A DNA stretch of 62,950 bases, filler included, from Kipferlia bialata (taxonomy: Eukaryota): the NCBI GenBank assembly GCA_003568945.1. It is 3 parts of 3 records of this genome, joined end to end, with 100 filler letters (N's around TTAATTAATTAA, not from the genome) between each part and the next. Parts side by side here need not be neighbours in the genome. Positions count along the whole stretch, not along the records: positions 23,053 to 45,991 come from BDIP01000271.1; positions 46,092 to 62,950 come from BDIP01000325.1; 1 more part is not named here. One strand, written 5' to 3'. Of this stretch, positions 38,359 to 52,100 are shown one piece after another. The first letter of the stretch is position 1. Every line of letters starts with the position of its first letter. Under the pieces are notes generated by a model. The model was not told the DNA's origin and ran no database searches. It saw nothing but the letters and a program-made list of their open reading frames with translations. A program made the position numbers and the translations under genes.

Positions 38359-40275
38359 ATGGGTGGCGATATCTCGCCTCTGGCTGAGGGTATGTTTTAG
38401 CAAGTCCATGGGTCCATTTGTGTTCCGACACATTATATTGCCGGTTTTTGTAATTCTTCTATCGTCTTCTCGCTTTCCTGTATTCCTTTATGCACTGTAT
38501 GCATGGTTCCTTTTATTATCGATCGGGGTTGTTCTGTTTTACCGATATTTAGCAGTGAAGGGCCATGTTTCATGTGGATTTACCAATTCTTATGTGCACC
38601 TTCCCTTCTCACCCCAGGCATCACATGGGCCATGACCTGCTCTATCGTGGTGGTTGCTGTGGTGATTGACCTTGTCAACAACCCCCTCCACCACCCCACC
38701 CCCTTCATCCGCTACCGCACCATCAACTGGCTGCTCTGTGGACTGTCCTATGCTCTGTCCTACATGGGACGCTACAACATCAGCGTGGCCAACGTGGATG
38801 CTGTCAAGAACTACTACGACTGCCAGGACTCCTATGGCACCATCATCCTTGTGGGTAACGTGGCCTATGCCGCCTGTGTCATCATCAACGGATACATGGT
38901 GGACAAGATTGGGGCCCGCAAGGGAATCATCATAGGTATCAATCCAACGATGTCATTATGCCCATGGGGTTACTGAAGAATCAGTTATAGTTTATGTGTC
39001 CTGTTTCGACTATTACTGTGGTCCAGATATCCGTTGCATATATAGTCTCTCAAGTATCCCCCCACCCCCAGGCACCCTCGGATCTGGCATTCTCAACCTG
39101 CTCATGGGCCTTGTGTGTCTGTCCGACCTCAAGGGCACCTCCTGGGTCACCCTGATGTCCATCCTGTATGCCATCAACAACTACTTCCAGACCTACTCCA
39201 CCTCCTCCATCTGCAAGGCAGGCGTCAACTGGTACCACATCAAGGAGAGGGGCGTCTTCTCAGGCATCTTCGGCGTGGTCATCTCCTTCGGGTTCTTCCT
39301 GGCCTACGGTGTGGACGGGGCCCTCCTCCACAACGATGCCACCAACACCCCCCTCATCTTCTTCATCCCCGGTGTCATCCTCCTCATCTTCTGCGTGCTC
39401 GACTACCTCTTTGTGCGTGCCCTCCCCGAGGACCAGTTCGATGACGAGATGCTCGTCAACCTGAGGCCCCCCGGCTTCGACCGCAGCACCCTGTGCAACC
39501 AGAAGCCTGCCTTCATGACTGTGATCAAGCCCATCATCTCCCAGTCCATCTTTGCATACCTCGCCATCATTGAGGTGTTCATCGGGTGGTGCAGAGACGG
39601 CATCCTCAACTGGTACCCCTCCTTCATCCAGGTCAGGGCCTCTCTCTCTCTCTCACTCTTTCTCTCTCACTCTTGACTGACGCCAGGACCATTACGACCA
39701 GAGCTCCTCCTCCATCGTGTACACTATTGCCTACACCGGAGTGACTGTGGGAGGCATGTTTGGGTCTCTCTTCACCGGCACCATCTCGGACAAGCTGTTC
39801 AACGCGAGGAGGCAGCCTGCCGCCCTGCTCGACCTTGGTCTCCTCCTTGTTATGCAGATGGGCATGGCGTTCTGGTACGGCAGGACCGACACCGGTATGG
39901 CAGAGGCCTGGCTCATTACGGGTGCCTCTGTCTTCTTCAGCGGAGTGCATGGCATTGTGACATCCACCGCTGCCATGGACTTTGCAGGGTCAGGTGGGGG
40001 GGATGTGTATATATGTGTATATATGAATTATATATATATATATCTGACCCCAGGTGCCACTGGCACTGCTGTCGGTATGCTCGATGGCATCCAGAAGCTG
40101 GGCAGTGCCGTGACTGGCCCGGGCATGGCCAAGATTGTGAACAGTGGCCCCGATGGATACTACTGGTGGATCATCTCGATGATGCCAGCTGCCATTATCG
40201 ACATCATCCTCTTCCTCATCATCCTTAAGAGAAAGCCCAAGGAGGTATGGACACACACACACTCTCTCTTATATA

Positions 40276-40309
<34 letters not shown>

Positions 40310-40419
40310 GTCTCCCACCCCAGATGGTCGAGGAGTCCAAGATAGACGGCAGGGAGACCAGCACCCTCATCCACTCCAGACAGTCTGCAGAGGACCTCCT
40401 CGACGACGCAGAGGTCTAA
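38359..40419 (+). CDS. MFS transporter, organophosphate:Pi antiporter (GlpT/UhpC-like) family
   Basis: Multiple transmembrane segments; YALSYMGRYNI, INGYMVDKIGAR, NWYHIKERGVFSGIFG, GTISDKLFNARR, ATGTAVGMLDG motifs. First exon MGGDISPLAE splices in phase. Confidence 0.85.
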
Positions 40420-40722
40420 GGCATCGGGATAGTACAATAGAATGTGAATTTCCAGAATGTATGAGTGGTTAGCAAAAAGTATGTCATTATGTTCTGGGTA
40501 TTGTGGAGTAGATATTATGTCAAGCATGAAAACATTGGACACCCAGGCCTGTCTGGCTCTGATTAGGAGATTGACAATAGATATCCACTGACATAGTGAG
40601 CCTGTGACAGGGTGTCATTGACAGTGTCAGGGCTGACTCAGCGACTGAGTTCTCAACAAAAATAGGGCTCCAGAGTGTCGAGGCCCTTCCCGTACCACTT
40701 CTCTGAACGGTCAGACAGTCTG

Positions 40723-42476
40723 ATGGTTCCGGACCCGACTTGGCAGGCCAAGAGGATACGTATCAAGGAGAAGAAGAGGTGAGGCCACTCTGTCTCTCTT
40801 TCAACTATCTCTAGTGTGTCAACAGTATTGATTTGATTACCCTTAGTCTCTCTCTCACTCTCAGAGAGGAGCGCAAGGCTCGGAATGCTGCTGCCAGAAA
40901 GGTGCTTGTGGATGAGCTAGGTGAGTAACCATATGGGCATATAGTAGTATAGAGTCTAGCACGGCAGGGAAGTGCATCCACAGATTATATACACTGTGTC
41001 TTGTATACCACATAGTCTTGCCTGACCCAGGAGAGGAGGCCGCCGTGGCCAAGATCAAGGAGCTGGCCATCGTCCATGCCCAGTGGCACAGAGACAAGAG
41101 ACAACGCCTCCTGGAGGACAAGGCCCAGTACGTAGACACTTATAGATAGAGCCTACTCTCTCTGCCCAGCCTTTCTCCTCTTCTCACCCAGCTTCATTGA
41201 GCTCTCTGCCGCCAATGCATCCCGCCCAGTCCCCCTACCTATCATATGTATGGACTTCCAGTTCTCTCCCCTGATGACTGACAAGGAGACACGCTCCCTG
41301 GGACAGCAGATGAGCCAGGTGGGGATACTGCTCATTGTATATAGTGATACATCTATATACTAGATCTTCAAGTCGTTAACCCTCTCACGATAGCTCTACG
41401 GTGCTGCCTGGCGCCACAAGAACCCCCTCCCTGTGAGTGTAGTGGGACTGACCCCTGGTCCCATGCAGGTGGGGGATAGTGGGTGTATGAGGCATAGACA
41501 TGTGTGACTGTGGTCTTAATGGCCTTCACCCCTGACCCCTAGGATGTGATGGACAGATACCCGGGGTTCCCCTGGGAGGGCGTGGACATCAGGCCCACCT
41601 CCTTGCTGGAGACATACCCCAGGGACAAGGTGCTGTACCTCAGTGCAGATGCAGACGAGGAGATCGAGGGACTGGAGGGTACGGGCCTGACACTGATATG
41701 ATATGAAGTATCCCAGTCACACAGTCTGACGGCTATGTGATATCCCCTCTCTCTTGCTATGTGACTAACCTCAGACGACCACGTCTACGTGATTGGAGCC
41801 TTTGTGGACAGAAACAGACACGTACGTATATGAGTTTAGTATTATTGCTGGGTCTCCTTGTGCAATGTCAGTTACAGTATACAACCCCTCCCCTATCCCC
41901 TTATCCCCAGAAGAACTGCACCAATGACTGGGCTGTCAAGAATGGTGTACGCACTGTACGTCTACCTATCCAGAAGGGGTGGATGACGGCATCGAGTGTG
42001 CTCACAGTCAACCAGGTATGTACTAGTATATACCTATCATTGGATGATAGCTACGGTCTCTCAGATACCATACTCCTCTAACACCCCTCACCCCCCAGTG
42101 CCATGCATACCTCAAGGCCCTGCACGATGGCATGAGGGGAAGGGAAGCCTTTGAGGCAGTAGTGCCACCGAGGAAGAGAGGCCTGGGGAGGAAGAAGCCT
42201 AAGGGAAAGAGAAAGGGAGGTGATAGGGAGAAGGAGGCCGCCAAGAAGGCTGAGAACACCCCATGTGAGGGTGTGGTCCCTGGTGAGGGTGGCCAGACAG
42301 AAACACCTGCAGAGACTGAGACAGAGACACCGGCAGAGACTGAGACTGTGACTGAGACTGTCCAGACAGCAGGTGATGCAGATGGCAGTGCCCTCCCCCC
42401 AGTCGACTCCCCCCTGCCCAAGAGACCGTCATGTGACCCAGAGAGAGAGACAGAGGCAGAGGCAGAGGCAGAGTGA
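40723..42476 (+). CDS. TRM10: tRNA m1G9/m1A9 methyltransferase Trm10 family
   Basis: Spliced motifs ICMDFQFSPLMTDKETRSLGQQ, KVLYLSADA, HVYVIGAFVDRNRHKN, GVRTVRLPI, VLTVNQ, VVPPRK. Confidence 0.9.
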
Positions 42477-43114
42477 ATGGGATGGTGTGCGCAGAAACGT
42501 GTGTTCACATGGCCTCAGTGGCAGAATAGCTCGTGATTCATTCAGTACTACAGTATATATACAATTTCTAGGATCTTGATCCAATAGACAAGCGTGAACC
42601 CTGTATCTATGCCGCAACACCAGCTCTATGGTCTCCATTGTGTGTACCTCTCACCAAATAGACAGTAGCAGATAATACAAAAGGAGTGAATCCTATACTC
42701 ATACAACCTCCGACTAAAACCCAAAGGACTGGATACGACTCGGCGGATTCAACTGGCTCCCAAGCCCTTGACCATAGAAAGCGGATGCTTAGGTTAACCA
42801 CACCAAAGACATCCCTCCCGTAAGACGTATGGATGAAAGCTTCTCAATCCAAACGACCCTGCTCCCGATAAACTGGCCGAGAACTGGTCTCGGCATATTC
42901 ACATATTGTACACATAGAGTGTCACGGAGGTGTACAGGAACACCAGGCACACATCCAAGGGGATGTGAAGTCTGATGGGGATGCATGAGACACATACCAA
43001 TGGAGCAGGAGGAGAATAGGTCAATGGAAGGCCTCACTGTATCTGTTGGTGGTCTGTATGAGGAAGGGACCGAGACCCCTAACTAACCAGCCCTAGTCCC
43101 TGATGCATATACCA

Positions 43115-44894
43115 TCACTCTCTGCCCACCAGCTGGGGCAGGTCAGACATATCACTGTCACTGTCACTGCCGGAGGACTGAGACTCTGGGTCATGGTGCC
43201 CACCCTCCCCCTCACTCTCTGTCCCACTCTCCTCCCCCTCATCCTGGGGGGTATAGGGCTCCACTGGGGGTGGGATGTACTGCCCCTCCTCCACATGCAT
43301 GTGTACCCTCAGGATACCAGTCATGCCCACACGTCTGGCTGTCACACCCTCAGTGCGCACCTCCCTGGGCAGCCTCAGTTGGAGGGGCTTGTGCTGAAGG
43401 TGAGGGGGATGATACGCCTTGGTGGAAGGTCTCTCATTTCGGCTACCAAGTATACACACACCCACCTTGACCTCCACCCTGATCCAGGTGGGGTGCACCT
43501 CCACCTCACAGTGAGAGGTGTCCAGATGGACAGGGAGGGCTGGGGGTTAGGGGGGGATACATCAGACACATGTACACACACTCATATATATCTATATATA
43601 CATACACATACCCATCTCAAACACCACGCACTGTGTGGCATGCTCCTCAGACAGCAGATACTCAAACTCAGTATCATTGAACTGTAGTACCCTGTAGTCG
43701 TTGGAAGCACAGGGCCGGTCCCTCTTGCCCTAGGTGTCAACATCATATATATCTCTATCAGTACCACTCAGACACAACGCATGTGCCACATACAGTGAAT
43801 AATGTCGGATCCACTCCTACCTTCATCTGCGTGGCTGCCTCTCTGTCGATGTCGTCTGCCTTGGTCTGTCTGGCTGCTGTCCTCAGCTTCTCTGCCGCAT
43901 CGTTATCCTCATAGTCACTCCCATCACTCTCAGGGTGGTCGAGGGAGGGGAAGTCCTGGGGGGTTACTTACAGCACCACATAGTCTATATATGATATCCT
44001 GTATCAATGGTAGTCACTCCTATCATCAACGCACAGCAACCCGTACCAGTGAGTCGATGTACTGTCCGTGAGATGCAATGGTCTGTGCGGCCACGATACG
44101 CTCAGGCCTAGTGATCTCAGTGCCATCCAGGAGCTAGGGGTTAGGGGTCACATATCAGCGGAGAGACAGTGAGACAGTGACACACAATAGCAGAACCAAT
44201 ACATGTGTCTAGGAGTACCTTGAGCTGTGGCAGAGTGCTGATGACATAGGCCCTGTAGTGCGGGACCTTGCAGCAGGGGTTGCCGAGGAGATACAGGTCA
44301 GACAGAAACTCTAGGCCTTGAAGGCACTTCACGCCTCTAAAGTGAGTAGGGGGAAAACATCGGAAAGAAACAACCACCCAGCATGTATGGTGAAGACACG
44401 CGGATAGTACACCCACACCCACACCTGTAGTCTCCGATGTAGTTGGCTGTGAGGTCCAGCTTGGAGAGAGACTCACACCGCTCCAGGTTCTCAATCACAT
44501 CTATCCTGGAGTCAGGGCGGGATAGGGCTTGGGTGGATGAGCATAACTACATAGGTACACTCATATATTTATCATGTACCTGTTAATAGCCAGGTTGAGG
44601 TATTCCAGACTCTTGAGCTTGTTCAGTCCCTCAATCTTGGTAATGCGATTGTTCTGGAGGTAGAGAATCTTGAGCCGCTTGCAATATGTACCAAGCGCCT
44701 CGATCTTCCGAATCTTGAACTGGTGGAGGGTGACCTCCTCTAGTGTAGACAGAATCTGGGGGTGAGGGTGAGACTTTGAAGTATGCAGTGAGATGTTCAT
44801 TCTGTGGATACTCATCAACCCAACATTCCACTCCACCCACCATCTCATTGTGTTCGGCACGCTTACGCAGCAACTCGGGAGTAATCACCACCAT
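43115..44894 (-). CDS. LRRC6: Leucine-rich-repeat axonemal dynein assembly factor (LRRC6/DNAAF11/TilB)
   Basis: MVVITPELLRKRAEHNEM-ILSTLEEVTLHQFKIRKIE...LYLQNNRITKIEGLNKLKSLEYLNLAIN...LDLTANYI...LYLLGNPC..PHYRAYVISTLPQLK; C-terminal HPTWIRVEVK..PLQLRLP segment. Confidence 0.92.
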
Positions 44895-45016
44895 TGATTT
44901 GCTTAGTATGGAAAGGCACCCAACACATCAGCTAACGTTACTACACCCTTATGAGGCAAACACTGTTTTTGAGTTACCCCCTTTGTAATGTACAGTACTG
45001 ATTGCTTCTCTCAGTG

Positions 45017-45991
<975 letters not shown>

Positions 45992-46091
45992 NNNNNNNNN
46001 NNNNNNNNNNNNNNNNNNNNNNNNNNNNNNNNNNNTTAATTAATTAANNNNNNNNNNNNNNNNNNNNNNNNNNNNNNNNNNNNNNNNNNNN
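45992..46091. other. Artificial contig-concatenation spacer
   Basis: N44-TTAATTAATTAA-N44, same as the spacer at 22953. Confidence 0.95.
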
Positions 46092-46161
46092 TTTATTAAA
46101 CGAGTACTCATTTTCCCCCCCCCCCCCCCCCCCTCTCTCTCTCTCTTCTCTCACCCCTCAG

Positions 46162-49100
46162 TCCTTCGAGGTGCTCTGGGACTCCAGGCTCAACACACCT
46201 GGGAGTGTACTGTGCAATGCATCACACCGGTCCAGGTATGTATTTGTATATGTGTTCACGTGCTCTCACTCTCTCTTCGATATATGTATCGGCACTCCTA
46301 TCACTGTCTGTATCTCACTCACCCCTTTAGGTTCTACCTAGCCCTCCGCACCAGCACTGGATGTATGGTGGTCAGTGGCAGGGAGAGGGAGAGAGAGGCG
46401 CCCTTGTGGACAACGGTATGTGACCACTACTCTCTTATACACATACACAATCATATCCCTTACCTCAGATAGAACTGCATGATGGAGTCACCCCCTACCG
46501 CATGATTCTCTCTCTCTCCCCCCCTTTCTCTCCCTAACATCAGCTTGAGTTGCATGATGGCGTCACCCCCTACAGCATGATTCTCTCTCTCTCCCTCTCT
46601 CTCCCTAACCTCAGCTTGAGTTGCATGATGGTGTCACCCCCTACAGCATGGTTGTATCCTCCCACATCGGTGTGGTCACTCAGAGAGAGGATACCGCAGA
46701 GGGAGAGAGAGAGAGAGAGATGGACGATGGTGATGTGCGTTCCACCTCGTATACCGAGAGTGACAGTGAGGGAGAGGGGGAGAGGGAGACAGAGAGAGAC
46801 CTGCTGTGGCTCCTGTGTCCTGAGAGGATACTCGTCTACGATATAGCACTCGGTGAGTATGGGCATGTCTCTCAATCGTGGAACTCTATATGTTGTAATA
46901 CTCTATTACTCACCTAATAGGCACTCTTGTATGCTCTCTCTCGCACATCCAGATTGAGAGGGAGAAGGAGAAGGGCGGCAAGAGGCGTGAGCGTCTGTCA
47001 GTGCGTGACGTTGTCTCTCTGACCCCCTCCCCTTCTTCCTACCCCCTGGTACTCTCTGGGTCTGGGTCTCTATACACTCTGGCGGAGGGTGTACTGGAGG
47101 AGGAGGAGGGTGCAGAGGGAGAGAGAGAGAGGGGCTATGTCTGCAAGAGAGTGGCCAAGGGCGTCATGGTGGCCGGTACTGCCAATGCGGTGGTCCTACT
47201 GGGAGACAGAAAGGGACACAAGGTATACAGGGAATCGCATATATATATATATATCATATGCGCATTCTACGTATGTATGCGTGTATACTGTCCATTTCCC
47301 CCCCTCATCCTCCAGGACGGCTCTGTCACTGTCTACCCCCTCTCTTCCAGACCTGTCACCCTATCCCTACCTCTTAGGGAGGGGGAGAGGTGCACCGCCG
47401 TTGGGGCAGGTATCATTGTGTGTATAAGTATTCACTATATGGTAGTTTAATGTTGCGAAGAAGACTGTTTCTTTGACACGTATTATGTTGCATTTCTGGG
47501 AACTAGATATGTTCAGTGTATGTGTACCTCTCTCTCCTCACCCCAGGTCTCTCCCTAGTGTGTGTGGGCACCAGCATGGGATCCATCTATGTATACGACA
47601 CAAGGTAAAGACAGCTACGATGAGAAACATCTCTGTGTTTTCCCCTCTATATGTTTACCTATGTATGGAATATGAATCACTTATATATGTGTTTCTGATA
47701 TAAGGGATGACGAGTGTTCTCTTGTCGGCACCCTCCATCCATCAGAAGGGACAGACAGTAAGAGAGAGGTGACTGCCTTATCTGTCCTGACAGTTGGTAC
47801 AGACACATACCTGTGCAGCAAGGGAAAGGGTGCAGAGAGGGTGCATCTGTACAAGATACCCACTGCCACTGATGCAGAGAGAGACAGGGAGAGTGAGAGG
47901 GAGAAGGGGCTGGTGCCGGTACCAGTGCCTGTAGGGACAGAGGTATGGGTGTGAATATTCATTATTTCATAATTGTATATATATATATGGAGAGATAGAG
48001 GTTGAAAGGGGTACAAATGTATATATGTATAGGTCTCTTTGTATACGTCTAATTATCAGGCCGTTGTGACTGGTGGCAGGGGCCTCCTTCTGTGTCACAG
48101 ACCACCCACCCCCTCCCCCTCTCCCTCTCTGTCCCTGTCCCTCTGTGCCCCCCTGTCCATGAGTGCAGCAGGCAGACTGGCCACAGCATGTGCCTCAGGG
48201 ACAGTGAAGGATATAGAGAGGATGCTCAGGTATGACATTGTGTATATGTATATGTGATTCCATTATTGTTATAGTGAATATATTAGTAGAAGACGGTGTC
48301 TCGCTTGGATATACCCAAGGGAGGCCGACCCCACCCCCATATTGAATTATATACAATGTAGCATACACAGTGTATATATCTACTCTCTCTCACCTCAGGG
48401 AGGCCGAAGCCCCTCTCCTCATTGCACCCCATGCCGTGGTGTCAGCAGTGCTGTTTGCGGCATATGAGGCCAAGCTGAGGGCAGAGAGAGCCAGTGAGTC
48501 AGGGTCATACATAGTGACAGAAGAATCAGGTATCTCTCTCTCTCTTCCCACACTTCAGACTGAGACTCATATATCAATGGATATATGTATACACTTACTT
48601 ACACCCAGCAGAGGGAGAGAGGGACACCTTTGCCCAGAGGCACCAGAGGGAGAGGGAGAGAGAGAGAGAGATGGTGCACGGGGAGAGGCACAGAGAGATT
48701 GAGAGAGAGGCCGTGGCCAAGCTCGACGCCCTTCTCGAAGGTACTATAGTCTCACGATTTATCATTTACTACACGACACCAGCACTAACTCGATAGGCGG
48801 CATCCTGCACCCCTCTGGTGCTGGTCTCACCCACTGTCCTGTGTATACAGTAGGGGGAGTGTGCATAGACCCCATGGAGGTGCTGCTGGATAGGGCACCC
48901 CCTAGCCCCATGTGTCGAGATACATCAGTATCCATGCCTGTGCTGCACCTGGCAGTGCTGCTCGATAACGCACCGGTAGTTAGGTAGGGGGGGTGTATAC
49001 TTTCAATTGTACATGTAAACGTGGCCTCACCCCCATGTTCAGAGACATCCTTTGACAACCCTATACTTATTAACACGTACCTGTGTATATATACGCAGTA

Positions 49101-52100
49101 CACTACCTGCATAGGTATATCTCTTATCATTGTTGACCCCCAGGTGGTGTCTGTCCCATGGGTTCACAGACACCCGTCCTGTGGAGACACTGGAGAGAGA
49201 GAGAGAGGGAGAGGAGGGTGTCTCTGCAGTGAGTGCTCCCCTGGCACTAGTACACTCCCTCACACTCACTCCCTTACATGTGGCATGCATGTGCAACAGG
49301 TACAGTGTAGTGTGTTCCTTAATTATACACATATCCTAGCCCTAGCATGAGTGCCCTCCATGCCCTGCTGACATACTATATTCATTCTCTCTCTCACTGT
49401 CTAAGGATGTACTGGATATATACAATTTCCCTATCCTAACCCCACAGTATGAGTGCCCTCCATGCCCTGCTGACCTCTCTGCATAGGGGCCCAGGGGGCA
49501 CAAGGGAGAGAGAGAGGGAGAGAGCAGACATGCTCTACTCAAGGTAGGGGTAGACGTAGTATCTCTCCTATTTGACCCACCTTGTTACCTGACTCTCTCT
49601 TCTTCTATTCTTTCTCTGATACTCTAGAGATTCCCTGCTCCGCACTGCCTTCCACTGTGCATGCACCAGCTACTGCACCCCTAAGACAGACACCCTCGAC
49701 ACCCCTCCCTCCCACCCCACCTCTGCTCTCCCTGTCCTCCTCAGGGCACTCTCTCCTATGGACGCTGTCTCTCTGTCAGGCCTGGCATGCCTCAAGGGAG
49801 ACACCCCATTCACTATACTGCTCAGAGGGCTGTTGAAGGGGGAGAGAGAGGGATCTATCTCTGCACAGGAGGGGTTCCGCTACCTGACACAGACTGTAGA
49901 GCTCATAGGTTGGTGCACTGTCTACCTCTCTCTCTCTCTCTCTCTGCTTCCTATCTTTTATCTGTCTTACCCTTCAGGTTCTGCTTCTCTGTGTGTGTGT
50001 GACCCTCTGACTGGTATGCCTCCCCTGGTCACACTGGCACAGAAGGAGGACACAGAGGTATGTATATATATGTGTATAGTGCATCCGTGTAGAGTGTTCA
50101 CTACATATGCATGCCACCCATAGTGACACTGATCACCATTGACCTAGAATCTAGAATGACAGCTGTATTGGTGCTGTCGTTGTATTTACGCATGTATTAT
50201 CTCTCTATCTTTCTTTACACCAGGCCATCGCTGGTCTTCTGAGTGCTGTCAGGTACACACCAGATGAGACAGAGAGAGAGAGAGACAGGGACCTCGAGGC
50301 AGAGAGAGCGATGAGGAGGGAGAGAGAGGCCGGAGTGGCAGCGTGTCTAGCATACACGGGTAGGGATGGGCGTACCCCCCTCCTAACCGCACTCCTACAC
50401 TGTCGACAGACTACAGCCGCTGCACTGATAGCTCTATCCATACCCCCTGTGACAGAGGGAGAGAGACAGGGCAGGAGGAAGAGCATAGGCAGGATGGGGA
50501 GGAGAGAGAGAGTGACGCCCTGGGAGAGAGAGAGGGAGGGCGCAAAGGGAGAGGGTGATGGGGAGAAGGACTACGCCGCTGGGTGTGAGAGAGTGCTGAA
50601 CACACTCAGAGAGAGAGAGAGAGACCTAGAGACGGAGAGAGGGTCTGGCATGGAGTGTACTACACTCACAAGCGCACTCGGACACATACTGGAGTCAGAT
50701 GTGAGTGGTTGTTGAGTCATTCTCTTCTCTCTCTACATATGAAAGTGAGTCAATCTCTGTTTCCGTATTCATCTTACCTTCCAGGTACATGGCATCTCCC
50801 CCCTCCATGCTGCTGTGCTGGCCTGTCCCCATGCTCTGCTCTCTCTCTCCCTCCTGCCCATATCATGCCTCATATCACGTCTCTCAGTGACTGCTGGGGG
50901 GGAGAAGGAGAGAGACGCCGCTGTGTCTGGCCTGGTCAATGCCCAGGACAACTTCGGATGTACGTCTCTCTCTCTCTATACATTTTTACTATAACTATTG
51001 ACTATTCGGCCTCATACCCAGGCACCCCCCTGCACTACTGCTTCTCCGAGACCCGCCCCCTGTCTGTCTGTCTTGGGTCTGCCCTTGTGCAGAGGGCACC
51101 CTTCCACATACACAAGGCAAACAGTATCATTATCTGGATCATCAGTACCAGAACCTGTATCATCAGTATCAGTATTTGTATCATCAGTATCAGTATTTGT
51201 ATATATAACGATTGTCATTATTCTGACACTAGGCCAAGGCATCCCTGGCACTCACACTCATGGGGGCATCGGTACGTGGCATTATATGTGTATATTGGTA
51301 TCGTGAGAGCTCATCATTGGAATACTGAATCTGACGGTCTCTCAGTTCAGTGATAAATTGTTGTATTATGATTGTAACTTGCTTTCTCTCTCACCCTAGT
51401 ACAGCGCTGTGGATATGGCCAATGCGTCCCCCTTAGCACTGGCAGTCAATGTACCCGCACTCACAGGTATACCATGTATCTATATCTGGACACAGAATCC
51501 ATACACAGTATTTTCCTTACCCTCAGGTGTCCTGACCTCCCTTGTGTCCAAGCAGGACGTGTCCAGTGCAGACTCAGACGACGAGGGGTATGCACATGGA
51601 TGGCACAATATATATACGTAGTAGTATACATATGAATAATGAATATTTCATTGTAATTCTGGTTGATAAACTATTGTTATTCATATGTGTGTCGTATGTT
51701 TTTCTCACCCTAGAGGCCACTCGCGGCGTCTGTCCAGAGACATGGAGAGGGACAGGCAGAGAGACTCTGAGAGAGAGAGAGACAGATCCAAGGCCAAGGG
51801 GGCCAGACCCCTACCCACCACTAGGGTGCTAGTGGACTATTGCGACAGGCTCAAGGTGGGTGTTTGCACTTGTGCTCTGAATAGAGTCTATTCATATATA
51901 CACTTGTACATTGTACCATTTTGCACTTACTCAGGGGGCCTGACCACCTGTTATCTGCTTAGTATACCCTTCGTCTTCGTTGAGAGTACTTTGAATAGTT
52001 GCTGAATTGATACACTTACACTTAGGGCCTGTCCACCTATGCAGATATGGACACCCCCGCCGTCACGGATCCCCTGCCACCCCTGGACTCCCTGGACAGC

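Noticed and set aside
42480..43090. Possible gene between TRM10 and LRRC6
   Set aside because: Only short ORFs with no recognisable motifs or consistent splice pattern.
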